Below are positions 9,575-19,502 of a stretch of 64,000 nt of DNA, one piece after another. Numbering within the stretch: position 1 is the first letter of the stretch; every line of letters starts with the position of its first letter. The notes beneath the pieces were generated by a model. That model ran no database searches. It was not told the origin of the DNA and saw only the letters and a program-made list of their open reading frames with translations. Source of the DNA: an uncultured Acidobacteriota bacterium (lineage in GTDB: Bacteria > Acidobacteriota > UBA6911 > RPQK01 > JAPXNP01); NCBI GenBank assembly GCA_963777605.1, contig CAVZRV010000031.1, forward strand, positions 64,001 through 128,000. The letters run 5' to 3'. The position numbers were made by a program, and so were the translations under genes.

Positions 9575-10639
9575 CTAGCCCGGCTCCCTGAGTTCGTTTC
9601 CCGAGAACGAATTCCGGACCTCTTCACGCAAACTGTGGAAAAATTCCGGCGACCGCTCGTCGAGCCAGCGGTTGACGATTGGAAACGGTCCAAGAACGAA
9701 ATCAACCCTCTCGGAAGGCTGAACTTTTCTGCTTCCCCTCAGGCGCATCTGAATCCATCGCGATCGAATCAGCAATGGGAGTGCTTCCCACTCAACGCCA
9801 TCCAGTGGGACAAGAGTCTCGTACCCCCTCAGGAGGAGAACAGCCCGACGCAACTCCAGTTCGAAGGGCTGGGTGAGACTCCAGATTTCGTCAGGATTGA
9901 ACGGAGACTGGTGCTTCGCAGCAAAAAACATGAGCCCGTCGGACAGGTCACGCACCCGGCTCTGTCGGCTGACGTAATCGAAATCATAGACGGCGGAGAC
10001 CTTGGAATTGTGAAATCGGACATTCCCCGGGTGGACATCTCCGTGAATGATCGACTTGGGAAGGTGATCGTACAAGAAGGTGTCAAGTCGCTCACGGCTC
10101 CTTTCCAGCTCTTCCTCGAAAGCCGCAAGTCCCCGCCTCCTGGCCGGATCATCACAAAGTTCTCGAAGTGATGAAACGTAGGGCTGGAGAAGGTCCGGAT
10201 GATCTTCTCTGAGCATGCCATTCTTGCCCGGCGGTGATACCGTGGACAGTACTCGGTGAAATCTCGCCAGAAACCTTCCCAGTTCGAAAACTGAGTCCGA
10301 GTCATTCGGATCGAAGGCTGAACCTGTCAACCAGCTCAGAGCTTCGTAAAGATGTTCGCCGTGGCACAACCAGGTCATCCCGTCCAACGCCGGACGCGGC
10401 AACGGAACCGGCAAGCCTGCCCCATGGCAAAGCCGAAGAATGGCATGGTCAAACGCGACAGCCAACTCTCCCGGCTCGTCAGCCGGCCGCATGCGCAGCA
10501 CAAATCTTCCCTCAGGACCGTCCACCACCCACTTGGGGGAGGCGGTACCGCCAGCCTTCTCAAGGGACCGGTAGCGAGCCAAACCGAAACGGCCAAGAAT
10601 GTTGAACAACTCCGCCGATGAAGGAATGTCCCGCGTCAT
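9575..10639 (-). CDS. APH/choline-kinase-fold phosphotransferase (type II homoserine kinase / hydroxylysine kinase-like)
   Basis: Brenner motif IIHGDVHPGNV and VYDFD; ATG 10639 overlaps the upstream stop (ATGA). Confidence 0.88.
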   Translation of the reverse strand: MTRDIPSSAELFNILGRFGLARYRSLEKAGGTASPKWVVDGPEGRFVLRMRPADEPGELAVAFDHAILRLCHGAGLPVPLPRPALDGMTWLCHGEHLYEALSWLTGSAFDPNDSDSVFELGRFLARFHRVLSTVSPPGKNGMLREDHPDLLQPYVSSLRELCDDPARRRGLAAFEEELERSRERLDTFLYDHLPKSIIHGDVHPGNVRFHNSKVSAVYDFDYVSRQSRVRDLSDGLMFFAAKHQSPFNPDEIWSLTQPFELELRRAVLLLRGYETLVPLDGVEWEALPLLIRSRWIQMRLRGSRKVQPSERVDFVLGPFPIVNRWLDERSPEFFHSLREEVRNSFSGNELREPG

Positions 10640-12987
10640 CTTCCGGGCCAATCGAGAAAGCGATGAAGAAACTCGAAGGTCCCTACTCCATGGATCTCGT
10701 GAACTCCGTTGAAGAACTCGATGCGGGTCCGATCGCCGTGACCCAACTCATCATACAGCCTCCGCACTTTTGCATACTCGTGGGTCACCCATTCATCGAG
10801 TCCCACACCGTCCCGGTGGCCACGTTCGACCATAAACGGACGCGGGAACATCAGATAAGCCATTTCCGCATAGTTGTAGGTCATGCCGAGGTCGAACTCA
10901 TACATCTCGTATTCCCGCGTATACATGTAACTATTCTGCCAGTCAACAGTCACGTTCTTCCAAATCCATTCGTTGAAATCGCCCGAACAGATGGACAAAT
11001 TGTAATCCTCGAGAATTGCAGGTACGCGCATGGCCGTCTTGCCACCGTAACTCAGCCCGTAGAAGCCGATGTGATCCGGGTCGACATAAGGCAGGCTTTT
11101 CAGCCACCGAAGCAGCTGTTGATGCTGTCCGACAATGAACGAGAACAACGAGAGTTTGAGCGGATTGGCCATGAACTGGAGCTTGCGGAACTTCTCCTGT
11201 CCCCGATACGGATTGTGAGGAGCGAACACGATGAAACCTTCATCCGCAAGCCGCGCGGCAAATGCCTGGTAGGCTCCGAAGCTGTCGACTCCGTTTTCGA
11301 TGACATCGCGGGGCAGGCCTTCGAGACCGTGCTGTGCGACCACAACCGGGCGCCTTTCGCCTGGTTTCAGGTCCTTGGGTAACAGCAACACTCCCCAGGA
11401 GAATACGTCGGGCCAAACATCGAGGACTACGTCGTATCCGGTCCAACCCGGTCGGTCATAGACCCTGCGACTCCTGGCGGCCGGGGGAAGGAGCGGATCA
11501 TCCACCTTCCCAATGACCTCCTCCCAGAATTGCTGCCGATATTTCCTGGCGGCGTCCTCGAAATCGCGGGCCGAACTCATCGGCATCCTGTCCAGGAAGC
11601 GCTGATCTCGAACTCGGTGCGAAACCTTGAGCAGATGCTGAACGTGATCCTGGATTTGACTCACGAGCCGGCGCTGGCGTTCCCTCGGGTCGAAGCCGGC
11701 TCTGAGGTCTCGCAGGGACTGTGACTGGATCGAAATCTGAGGAGTCGCGCCGGGCACAAGCGCGCCAAGAAATGCCTGCAACGCATCTTCCGATCCGAAT
11801 TCGCCCCGGTCCAAGGGGCCCTTCGCAGGAATCAACTGGATAGTACCCCGGGCGGTTTCCGGCAGTTTGGCTGAAAGAGTCCGGGCCCTTTCAAATTCGG
11901 AGAAAATCCGTTCGGCCGGTGGAGTCTCTATCCTGCCCGGGGCAGCGGCATTTCTTCTCCCTTCCTCCGCAGGCCGCGGTCCCTCGACTCGTGGCATCTG
12001 GCTGTTTTCGATCACGAGGCCTCTGGGAATGATCAAACCGGCAATCTCGGCATCCCCGAATTCCTGCAGGAGCGACCAGACGTTCCGGTAGATCGGCTCC
12101 TCCCAGACCGACTCTCTGGGTTGGAAGTACCCGCTCACAAGACATGCGCTGATCCTCTGATCGGCCGCGGCGGCGTAAAAGGCGATCAGACCTCCCTCTC
12201 CATAACCGACGAGACCGATCGGAGTCGACGGGTCCTGCTCCTTAAACCAGTCGACCGCAGCGAGTACCTTTTGAACTTCGTAACCGATCAAGTGGCGCCC
12301 CATCTCGTAAGCCATGCGGTACAACCACTCACGGTGAGGCATGTTCGTCATTCCCTGGGTCTCACCGAGTTCAGGGTTTCCGGAGAACTCACTCGAACGA
12401 TCAATCAGTGTCGGCACCAGAACCAGGAATCCGTTCGCGGCTAACGTCCGGGCAAACTGCGAAGCGGGCTTGATGCCGGGCGCCAACCCCGACAACTGCT
12501 CCGGAGTCTGGTCGGCGTCCGGAATGGCGACAATCCTGGCCAAGGGTTTTCCCTTCGGCTGCAGGAGCAGTCCTTCACTCCAGACTCCTGCAACCGACTC
12601 CCACCGGACTTGAGAAATGGTGAAAACCCCGGCTTCCGCGACCGTAGAGACTCCGGGGTAATCTCCAAAAATCTCCAGGTTTGCCGAGACCCGCTTGTCG
12701 ACAAGTCCGATGATCCTCCTGAAATCCTCCCGGTTGCCTTCAACTGACGCAGAGTACGCCTCGGCAGAAGCGAAGTCCCTTTGCCAGAACTTCTCACGCT
12801 TTCCGACCGACTCTGCGAGGGCACGGCTGAGATACCGGTCAATCCCCGCGACCATCATTTCAGAGAGGTCGCCCTGCCAGGTCAGAGGTTCAGTCCCGAC
12901 AACTGTGCCGGCATCCTGAGCATGAGCGAACACCTGAATCAGCAAGCAGATAAAGCCGCAACAGAAACAGAATCGACGCTTATTCAA
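10636..12987 (-). CDS. Secreted tandem double alpha/beta-hydrolase (dienelactone-hydrolase-like), copy 1
   Basis: Signal peptide (..QVFAHA-QD); two ABH repeats with elbows GYGEGG and GLSYGGK; C-terminal ERGHRDG and FNGVHEIH. TTG 12987 has GAGGAAGG upstream (alternative ATG 13011). Confidence 0.85.
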   Translation of the reverse strand: MNKRRFCFCCGFICLLIQVFAHAQDAGTVVGTEPLTWQGDLSEMMVAGIDRYLSRALAESVGKREKFWQRDFASAEAYSASVEGNREDFRRIIGLVDKRVSANLEIFGDYPGVSTVAEAGVFTISQVRWESVAGVWSEGLLLQPKGKPLARIVAIPDADQTPEQLSGLAPGIKPASQFARTLAANGFLVLVPTLIDRSSEFSGNPELGETQGMTNMPHREWLYRMAYEMGRHLIGYEVQKVLAAVDWFKEQDPSTPIGLVGYGEGGLIAFYAAAADQRISACLVSGYFQPRESVWEEPIYRNVWSLLQEFGDAEIAGLIIPRGLVIENSQMPRVEGPRPAEEGRRNAAAPGRIETPPAERIFSEFERARTLSAKLPETARGTIQLIPAKGPLDRGEFGSEDALQAFLGALVPGATPQISIQSQSLRDLRAGFDPRERQRRLVSQIQDHVQHLLKVSHRVRDQRFLDRMPMSSARDFEDAARKYRQQFWEEVIGKVDDPLLPPAARSRRVYDRPGWTGYDVVLDVWPDVFSWGVLLLPKDLKPGERRPVVVAQHGLEGLPRDVIENGVDSFGAYQAFAARLADEGFIVFAPHNPYRGQEKFRKLQFMANPLKLSLFSFIVGQHQQLLRWLKSLPYVDPDHIGFYGLSYGGKTAMRVPAILEDYNLSICSGDFNEWIWKNVTVDWQNSYMYTREYEMYEFDLGMTYNYAEMAYLMFPRPFMVERGHRDGVGLDEWVTHEYAKVRRLYDELGHGDRTRIEFFNGVHEIHGVGTFEFLHRFLDWPGR

Positions 12988-13027
12988 GGGAAATTTCCTT
13001 CCTCGAAACATGAATCAGATGATATGG

Positions 13028-13056
13028 ACTATGAAGTTTCCATCTCAAATTGTCAA
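13028..13056 (-). promoter_or_regulatory. sigma70-like promoter for the hydrolase-kinase-dehydrogenase genes
   Basis: Minus strand TTGACA (13056-13051)-N17-CATAGT (13033-13028) in an AT-rich patch. Confidence 0.6.
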
Positions 13057-13173
13057 TAATTCTAATTGCAGGAGTCAGGACGGGCAAGAGAGAACCGCCG
13101 GGGGTTTGATCGTCCTATCCAGAACACCAAAAACCACCAACGAGACGTGAAAAGCAGACTTCCGAAGCGAGGT

Positions 13174-13395
13174 TCAAACGTCTCCCGAAGATTCCGCCGC
13201 GGGGACGGGAGCGATCAACTTCCTCCATGCGTGAGTCGAAACCCGCTCCGCTAATGGTAGACCAGTCAACACATCCGTCGCGGCGTCAATACTGCCCGGG
13301 TGCGTTTCCGCCTCAAACTTCAGCGGAACCCGATTCGCCGGGATTAGCAGGTAAAATTCGGCTCCAATCGATGAGACATCCGTCGGCTTATTCAT
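13174..13395 (-). pseudogene. Probable relic: N-terminus of an enolase-superfamily (mandelate racemase-like) protein
   Basis: MNKPTDVSSIGAEFYLLIPANRVPLKFEAET resembles, from memory, the N-terminus MxKxTDI...LYFLPxxxRxPLKFGxET of an uncharacterised enolase-like family; similarity stops after about 31 aa. Confidence 0.45.
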
Positions 13396-13443
13396 CGATT
13401 CATCGATCTCTCACGACGAACCGGACACCAGCCAATCACGGCT

Positions 13444-14505
13444 TCATCGATTCGCCTGGGCCCGGCCCGGGTCGGGCTCGGATCCTGACCCTGAGGATTT
13501 ATCGCCTTCGCGATCGGAACTCTCTTTTTCCGGCAGGGTTTCCGGATAATTCATCGCCAGGCGATGAATTTCGAAGTTGAACTCGTGAAATCGGTGCTTC
13601 CAGAGCAGGGACTCCTCGGGAGTGTACTCGTAAAATCCTCGGCCGTTGGAAATCCCCCGCCCCCCCGAGTCGACCACCTCCCTGATCAACCGGGGCACCT
13701 CCGGACTGGAGCAGAGCTCGGGCAGGAGTTCACTCATCACCTTTTCATAGGCCTCCACTCCCATCAGATCCATGTAGCGAAGGGGCCCGGCGAAAGTGAT
13801 CCAGTAACCAACGTCGTTTCGCAAAGACCGGTCGACATCCTCCACACTCGCGACCCCGGACTCCACCAGGTGCAATGCTTCCCGGAACATGGCATACGAA
13901 ACCCGGTTGGTAATGAACCCCCGAATGTCCTGCTTGAGCACGGTCGGCTCTTTCCCCCAGAGCCTTGCCAGGGCGGTCACGGTTACAACATGTTTCTCCC
14001 GGGTCTCCTCCCCTTTGATGATCTCCATGAATCGCGTAACGTGCGCCGGTTCGGACCAGTGGATGCCAAGAACGCGTTCGGGGTGGGTCAGACCCCGCTG
14101 CAAAATGGTCGGGGGAATGGCCGACGTATTACTGCCGATAATTGCAGTCGGCTCAATCTCCTGTTCGACTCTTCTCAGGGTCTCTTTCTTCGATGCCAGG
14201 TCTTCGGTGACGCACTCGACCACCAGGTGACTGTCACCCAGTCCCCCGGGGTCCTCCACCAGGTGGAAGCGACTCATCAACTCCTGAAGATCGCCCACCA
14301 GGAACTCCTCGTCGAGGAGTTCCTGCAGTTGCCGCCTGACCTCGACCGGAGCCAGGAGTCGATGTTGCAGATCCTTCTCATAGCCTTTGACACGATGGCC
14401 TGAGGCCAGCAGGCAGGAAGCAATGCTGGTCCCCATGAGACCGACTCCAACGATTCCAACAGGAATCTCGGCAGGATTGAGCTCCGGCAATGCATTCCCG
14501 CTCAT
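13444..14505 (-). CDS. 3-hydroxyacyl-CoA dehydrogenase family NAD-dependent dehydrogenase
   Basis: GIVGVGLMG, VVECVTEDL..K, SNTSAI, GIHWSEP, GFITNR; ATGA overlap with the ridA-family stop. Confidence 0.9.
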   Translation of the reverse strand: MSGNALPELNPAEIPVGIVGVGLMGTSIASCLLASGHRVKGYEKDLQHRLLAPVEVRRQLQELLDEEFLVGDLQELMSRFHLVEDPGGLGDSHLVVECVTEDLASKKETLRRVEQEIEPTAIIGSNTSAIPPTILQRGLTHPERVLGIHWSEPAHVTRFMEIIKGEETREKHVVTVTALARLWGKEPTVLKQDIRGFITNRVSYAMFREALHLVESGVASVEDVDRSLRNDVGYWITFAGPLRYMDLMGVEAYEKVMSELLPELCSSPEVPRLIREVVDSGGRGISNGRGFYEYTPEESLLWKHRFHEFNFEIHRLAMNYPETLPEKESSDREGDKSSGSGSEPDPGRAQANR

Positions 14506-14894
14506 TGGATCTCCCCGTTCGTTCTGGCAACGGCGTCAATCTCGACCCGAATCCCTCCCCAGAGTTTTGCCTGGACGGTGGTTCTCGCAGGGGGGACATT
14601 CGGAAAGAACTCTCGATACGTGGCATTGAACCGGTCGAAATCTTCGATGTCACTGAGATAGCATGTGCACTTAACCACGTCTTCGAAGTCGCAACCGGCA
14701 GCCGCCAGGATCTTTCCGACGTGGGACAACGTCAGTCTTGTCTGCTCTTCGATGGTTCCAGGTACGACGTTCCCGGTTGAAAGATCGAGCGGTCCCTGAC
14801 CGCTCACATACAGCCAGCCATCTAAGACCACTCCGTCTGAGTAAGCCCCGGTTACTACCTTCTTATCAGGATGTCTAATGGATTGTCGCGGCAT
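14502..14894 (-). CDS. ridA: RidA/YjgF family enamine/imine deaminase
   Basis: GAYSDGV, LYVSGQGPLD, VVKCTCYLSD, PPARTTV (catalytic Arg present), VEIDAVA. Confidence 0.93.
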   Translation of the reverse strand: MPRQSIRHPDKKVVTGAYSDGVVLDGWLYVSGQGPLDLSTGNVVPGTIEEQTRLTLSHVGKILAAAGCDFEDVVKCTCYLSDIEDFDRFNATYREFFPNVPPARTTVQAKLWGGIRVEIDAVARTNGEIQ

Positions 14895-14982
14895 TGCATT
14901 CTCCTCTCATCACACCGTCGGGCGATATGAGATCAGTTAATCAGCGGCGATCCCGATATGGGGTCCCGTTCAAGTCCTGCAA

Positions 14983-16626
14983 TCAGGCCATTCGATCAAG
15001 AATCGAGGACAGATCTTCCTCGACGCGGACCGGCGTTCGCCCGTAAGGTGCCCGAAGCGCACGACCCGGAGTCAGACCGGTCGGGGAACCTCGTTCGAGA
15101 ACGATCTTCCCGTTGACAACAACCCAATCAACTCCCCGGGCAAGGCTGATTGGATTTTCGTAGGTGGCCGTGTCGTTCAGTTGGTCGGGGGCGAATACAG
15201 TCAGGTCCGCAGAGAACCCGGGCCGAAGGATTCCCCGATCCAACGCTCCCACCCTTCTTGCCGCACCGGATGTGATCTTGCGGATTCCTTCCTCCCAGGT
15301 CAGAAGTCCCAAGTCACGCACGTAATGTCCCAAAAACCGCGCATGGGAGCCCCAGCCTCTGGGGTGGGGACGGGAACCGATTAGAATTGCGTCACTGCCC
15401 ACCATGTGAGCCGGATGGCACATGATCTCCCGGACATTGCCTTCTTCCCCGATGTGCACGAGACAGGAGACCCGAAATCTGGATTGGATCACCAGGTCCA
15501 GAAACAGGTCGAACGGCGTCTTTCCGGACAGCGCAGCTGCCTTGAGGAGAGACTGTCCGGCAAGGCCGGGATCACCCTCTCCAAGAATGCTGCCAATCTG
15601 GATCATCTCCCAATCAACCGGCATTCCAAAGAACCCGTCGGATCCGGTTACCTCGACCTCATGACGAACCCGAGATCGAATTTCCGGAATTCGCAGCCGA
15701 TCGAGAACTTCATTGGTTTCCCCTTTCTGGACCCAACTCGGCAACAGAGAGTGGAGGTATGTGTTCCCGGCCAGGTACGGATAGCTGTCCAGGGTGACTT
15801 CGACGCCATCTCGTCTCGCCTGATCAACGGCAGCCAGCAGTTCTCCGGCTCTCCCTCGGTTGGACGGGGTGCTGACGTGACAATGGGTCAGGTGAAGCGG
15901 CACGCGGGCTCGACGCGATGTTTCAATGCAGTCGTAGCAGGCCTGGAGCACTTCGATGCCATAGTTCCTGTGGTGAGGGCAGTAAAAGCCGTGGTAGGGC
16001 CGGAGAGCTTTGCAGAGATCAACGACTTCTGCATCATCGGCATACATTGCCGGGACGTAGGTAAGCCCGGTGGAGAGGCCAACCGCCCCTTCTTTCATTC
16101 CCAAATCAACGAGGCGTTTCATCCGTGTCAACTGGTCGGGCGTGGGCCTGCCGTCAGCCATCCCCATGACCGCCATCCGGACCGTCCCGTGCGGAACGAG
16201 CATCGCGACATTTACAGCAGTTGTCTCCTCGAAACGGTCGAGGTAAGTGGTGATGGAACTCCAATTCCAGTCGATGTCGGGTTCACCATTCCAACTCGCC
16301 AGCCGCTCACGGAGGACGGCGGCCGTGCGAGAGGTCACGGGAGCCAAACCAAGACCATCGTGTCCCAGAACTTCGGTCGTGATGCCCTGTCGCAGCTTGC
16401 ATTCATGCAGCGGGTCGGCGAACAAATCCAGATCGGAATGGGTGTGCAGATCGAAAAAACCGGGACACACGATACAGCCGTCCGCATTGACCGTGTGGCG
16501 GGCTGAACGGCCTCGGAGTTGTCCGATTTCCGCGATCCGGCCTCCAAGGACGCCCACATCTCCCAAAAACCAGGGTGTGCCCGTGCCATCGATCACACGC
16601 CCACCCTGGATCAGCAGGTCAAACAT
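14983..16626 (-). CDS. N-acyl-D-amino-acid deacylase (D-aminoacylase) family amidohydrolase
   Basis: FDLLIQGGRVIDGTG, PGFFDLHTHSD, GLSTGLTY.P, GSDA, HPRGWG, DRGILRPG..ADL; ATG 16626 preceded by GAGGA (track start GTG 16647). Confidence 0.92.
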   Translation of the reverse strand: MFDLLIQGGRVIDGTGTPWFLGDVGVLGGRIAEIGQLRGRSARHTVNADGCIVCPGFFDLHTHSDLDLFADPLHECKLRQGITTEVLGHDGLGLAPVTSRTAAVLRERLASWNGEPDIDWNWSSITTYLDRFEETTAVNVAMLVPHGTVRMAVMGMADGRPTPDQLTRMKRLVDLGMKEGAVGLSTGLTYVPAMYADDAEVVDLCKALRPYHGFYCPHHRNYGIEVLQACYDCIETSRRARVPLHLTHCHVSTPSNRGRAGELLAAVDQARRDGVEVTLDSYPYLAGNTYLHSLLPSWVQKGETNEVLDRLRIPEIRSRVRHEVEVTGSDGFFGMPVDWEMIQIGSILGEGDPGLAGQSLLKAAALSGKTPFDLFLDLVIQSRFRVSCLVHIGEEGNVREIMCHPAHMVGSDAILIGSRPHPRGWGSHARFLGHYVRDLGLLTWEEGIRKITSGAARRVGALDRGILRPGFSADLTVFAPDQLNDTATYENPISLARGVDWVVVNGKIVLERGSPTGLTPGRALRAPYGRTPVRVEEDLSSILDRMA

Positions 16627-16747
16627 TCCTCGTGTCTCCTCCGGCACAGTTCAATCCGGGCAACGACTGTCTCCACCGCCGCGTCGATCCCCGTGTGTGC
16701 CCAGGCCAGTCGGCCGGACGCTCCTGTAGATTCCCGCGGCCGCCTTT

Positions 16748-18046
16748 TCAAGCGGCAAGAACTTCCTCTGCCGCTTTGAGAGTTTCACTAACGTCCGCTT
16801 CCGTGTGGGACGCTGAGACGTACCAGATCCCTCGTTCCAACAGTCGGACCCCTTTCCTGAGCATCGCGACGACAAATTCCGCGTACCTCTGCTGGTCGCG
16901 ACTCTGAACCAGTTCCCGATAGTCACGTACCGGTCCGCCTTCTCCAAAGGAGACGTGGAAAGCCATCGGAAGACCCTGAATACGCAAAGGAACACTCCAC
17001 TTTCGGGCAATCTCCCCGAGGCCCTCCATCAGCGCGGTGCCGACTTCCTGCAGGCGCCGATAGACAATTCCGTCCTCGGCCTCCAACTGCCGGAGCGCCG
17101 CCGCAGTCGCGGCCATCGAGATCACGTTGCTGTTGAACGTTCCGGAATGGTTGACTCCACGACCGAACAATTCCATGTATTGCCGCTTTCCCACCAGGGC
17201 CGAGTTGGGAAAGCCCCCCGCCATCGCCTTGCCGAAAGTCGCAAGATCAGGAGTGACACCGTAATATCCCTGCGCTCCGCTGAGGCCCAGTCGGAAACCG
17301 GTGATGACTTCGTCCAGCACGAGGAGGGCCCCATACCTGTCACAGACGTCACGCAGCCCCGACAGAAAGCCTGAAACCGGTTCGATCGCTCCCGTATTGC
17401 ACATCATCGGCTCGCTGATCACAGCCGCTATCTGTTCTCCACGCTTCTGGAACAGCTCTTCGACCAGTGGAAGGTCGTTCCATGGGAGCACCAGACACTC
17501 CCGGGCCGCACTCTCCGACTGCCCGGCTGTTGCGAGGACGGCGGCGGGAGAAGTTCGAGGGCCCGCCCGCTCCAGGTCGGGAGAAACACTGACCAGGACA
17601 TTGTCAAACCAGCCGTGATAGTGGCCTTCAAAGCGCAGGATCAGCGGGCGCCCCGTCGCCGCCCTCGCCAGTCGAATCGCAGCCTGAACCGCCTCCGAAC
17701 CACTCAAGCTGAAGCGGCAAAGCTCAGCGCAAGGGACCAGGCGAACCAGCGCTTCCGAAACATCGATCTCGAGTTGGTGCTGACCCGCAAAAAGCTGGCC
17801 GGACTTCATCGCCTTCTCAACAGCCTTGAGCACTTCCGGGTGTGAGTGCCCCAGCAACAACGGCCCCTGGCCAAGGACGAAATCGACGTAGCGATTCCCG
17901 TCGACATCATAGATCTTCGACCCCTCTGCCCTCTCGAAGAAAAGCGGCAGGGGTTTCGAACCGAGACGCACATTGCTGCTGACGCCTCCCGCAAGTGAAC
18001 GACTGGAACGTTCCAACAGAAGTTTTGAATTGGCCCATTGATTCAT
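16748..18046 (-). CDS. Class III PLP-dependent aminotransferase, glutamate-1-semialdehyde aminomutase-like
   Basis: AGGVSSNVR, DVDGNRYVD, SGSEA, FEGHYHG, LDEVITGFR, TFGKAMAGG (PLP Lys), SGTFNSN. Confidence 0.92.
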   Translation of the reverse strand: MNQWANSKLLLERSSRSLAGGVSSNVRLGSKPLPLFFERAEGSKIYDVDGNRYVDFVLGQGPLLLGHSHPEVLKAVEKAMKSGQLFAGQHQLEIDVSEALVRLVPCAELCRFSLSGSEAVQAAIRLARAATGRPLILRFEGHYHGWFDNVLVSVSPDLERAGPRTSPAAVLATAGQSESAARECLVLPWNDLPLVEELFQKRGEQIAAVISEPMMCNTGAIEPVSGFLSGLRDVCDRYGALLVLDEVITGFRLGLSGAQGYYGVTPDLATFGKAMAGGFPNSALVGKRQYMELFGRGVNHSGTFNSNVISMAATAAALRQLEAEDGIVYRRLQEVGTALMEGLGEIARKWSVPLRIQGLPMAFHVSFGEGGPVRDYRELVQSRDQQRYAEFVVAMLRKGVRLLERGIWYVSASHTEADVSETLKAAEEVLAA

Positions 18047-18107
18047 AGTTGCGCACCATCTCGATTCAGATTACCCATGCGGGCTTGACCTCAGCTCTTC
18101 CTTAGAG

Positions 18108-19502
18108 TCAGTCATCTGTCCGGAGACGAAACACCAACGCCAGTGGCGGGGACGACGATCTATTTCCGCCTTCGGGGAGGAACAGTCGGGTTCCGTCTTC
18201 GGTACTTTCCCAGCGCAGCGCCTCAGGGTAGCCAAGGAGTTCGACTTTGGACCCGGGAACGGGCCGGAACCCGTCAATCGAGACATCGCCCGGCACGCGT
18301 TCACCCTCCTCAAAAAGGCGAATCGCGAAAAGTGTGTTGCCCTTACGCGTAAAGGCAATCGCCCCCTGCTTGTAAGGCGGAATGGGCCGCGTCCCGTAGA
18401 TCGCGGCTCCGTTGACTTTCATCCACGCTCCGATCTCTCGCATCCGTTGAACGGCCTTCTCCGGCAAACGGCCATCCGGCTGAGGCCCGACGTTGAGCAA
18501 AAAGTTGCCCCCCTTGGCAACGATATCTACCAGCAGATGGACCAGTTCACGGGTGGACTTGTAATTGTCGCCCGGCTTGAAAGACCACTGGTCTCCCATG
18601 GTCATGCAGGTCTCCCAGACAAACGAAGGCGGCGTCTCGGGAACCTTCTGTTCCGGGGTGCGGTAGTTTTCGTGTCGGCCTCCGACGGTTCTGTCCACAA
18701 CCAGAAGACGCGGCTGGTGGCTTCGCGCCATCGCCACCAGGTCATCCATTCGAATGTCCTGGCTGGGCGGACGAACCTGGCCGGCATCCAGCCACAGGAT
18801 GTCAATCGGACCATAGCCTGTGACCAGTTCCTCAATCTGTCTGTGAACGAAATTCACAAATCGGCTCCACTTTTCGGGCTCGGCCGCCGTATCGTAATTT
18901 GGATTCCGGGTCGGAGCAGGCCGCGATGGATCCCAATAGTCCGGGTGGTGCCAGTCCGCTTTCGAATAGTAGGCGCCGATCGCAAACCCGGCTTCGCGAA
19001 AGGCGTTGAAAGCCTCAAGGGCGATGTTTGCCCGTGGATCCCTGCTGAACGGACAATCCCGATTCGTAACCCGGTAATCCGAGGCCCGGGTATCGAACAT
19101 CGAGAAACCGTCATGGTGCTTGGTCGTGAACACGAAGTACTTCATCCCGGCATCACGAGCGATCTCAGCCCATTCTGTCGGATTGAAGCGTTGCGGATTG
19201 AAAGTCCGGTTCAAATTCCAGTAGTCGGTCCTGAAGCGATCCAGATTCCTGTCCCGCTCGATCCAGGCCTTCAGGCTGTCGGGCCGCGCCCACTTGTCCG
19301 CCTCGACCAGTGGCCACGACTCGATACAGCCCCACTGACTGTAAATTCCGAAATGGACGAAGAATCCGAACTTAAGATCCTGAAACCAGTCCAGCCTCGC
19401 GTTCAGGCTGGAGCCGTCGCCCAGTTTCTGGTCCTCCAGACCGGACTGATACCCAAATACACTACCAATTCCAAGCCAGACAAACAGCAGGCCCAGCCAC
19501 AT
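18108..19502 (-). CDS. Alpha-L-fucosidase, GH29
   Basis: WFQDLKFGFFVHFGIYS, TTKHHDGF, ILWLDAG (nucleophile Asp), WETCMT, GGNFLLNVGP; start uncertain (ATG 19502 before a hydrophobic signal; frame open to 19649). Confidence 0.93.
   Translation of the reverse strand: MWLGLLFVWLGIGSVFGYQSGLEDQKLGDGSSLNARLDWFQDLKFGFFVHFGIYSQWGCIESWPLVEADKWARPDSLKAWIERDRNLDRFRTDYWNLNRTFNPQRFNPTEWAEIARDAGMKYFVFTTKHHDGFSMFDTRASDYRVTNRDCPFSRDPRANIALEAFNAFREAGFAIGAYYSKADWHHPDYWDPSRPAPTRNPNYDTAAEPEKWSRFVNFVHRQIEELVTGYGPIDILWLDAGQVRPPSQDIRMDDLVAMARSHQPRLLVVDRTVGGRHENYRTPEQKVPETPPSFVWETCMTMGDQWSFKPGDNYKSTRELVHLLVDIVAKGGNFLLNVGPQPDGRLPEKAVQRMREIGAWMKVNGAAIYGTRPIPPYKQGAIAFTRKGNTLFAIRLFEEGERVPGDVSIDGFRPVPGSKVELLGYPEALRWESTEDGTRLFLPEGGNRSSSPPLALVFRLRTDD

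Noticed and set aside
9575-10639. Aminoglycoside-resistance kinase
   Set aside because: APH fold only; length (about 354 aa) and catabolic context fit a small-molecule metabolic kinase.
16748-18046. Housekeeping hemL
   Set aside because: Lacks the GGVNSPVRAF signature (has GGVSSNVRLG) and no tetrapyrrole genes are nearby.
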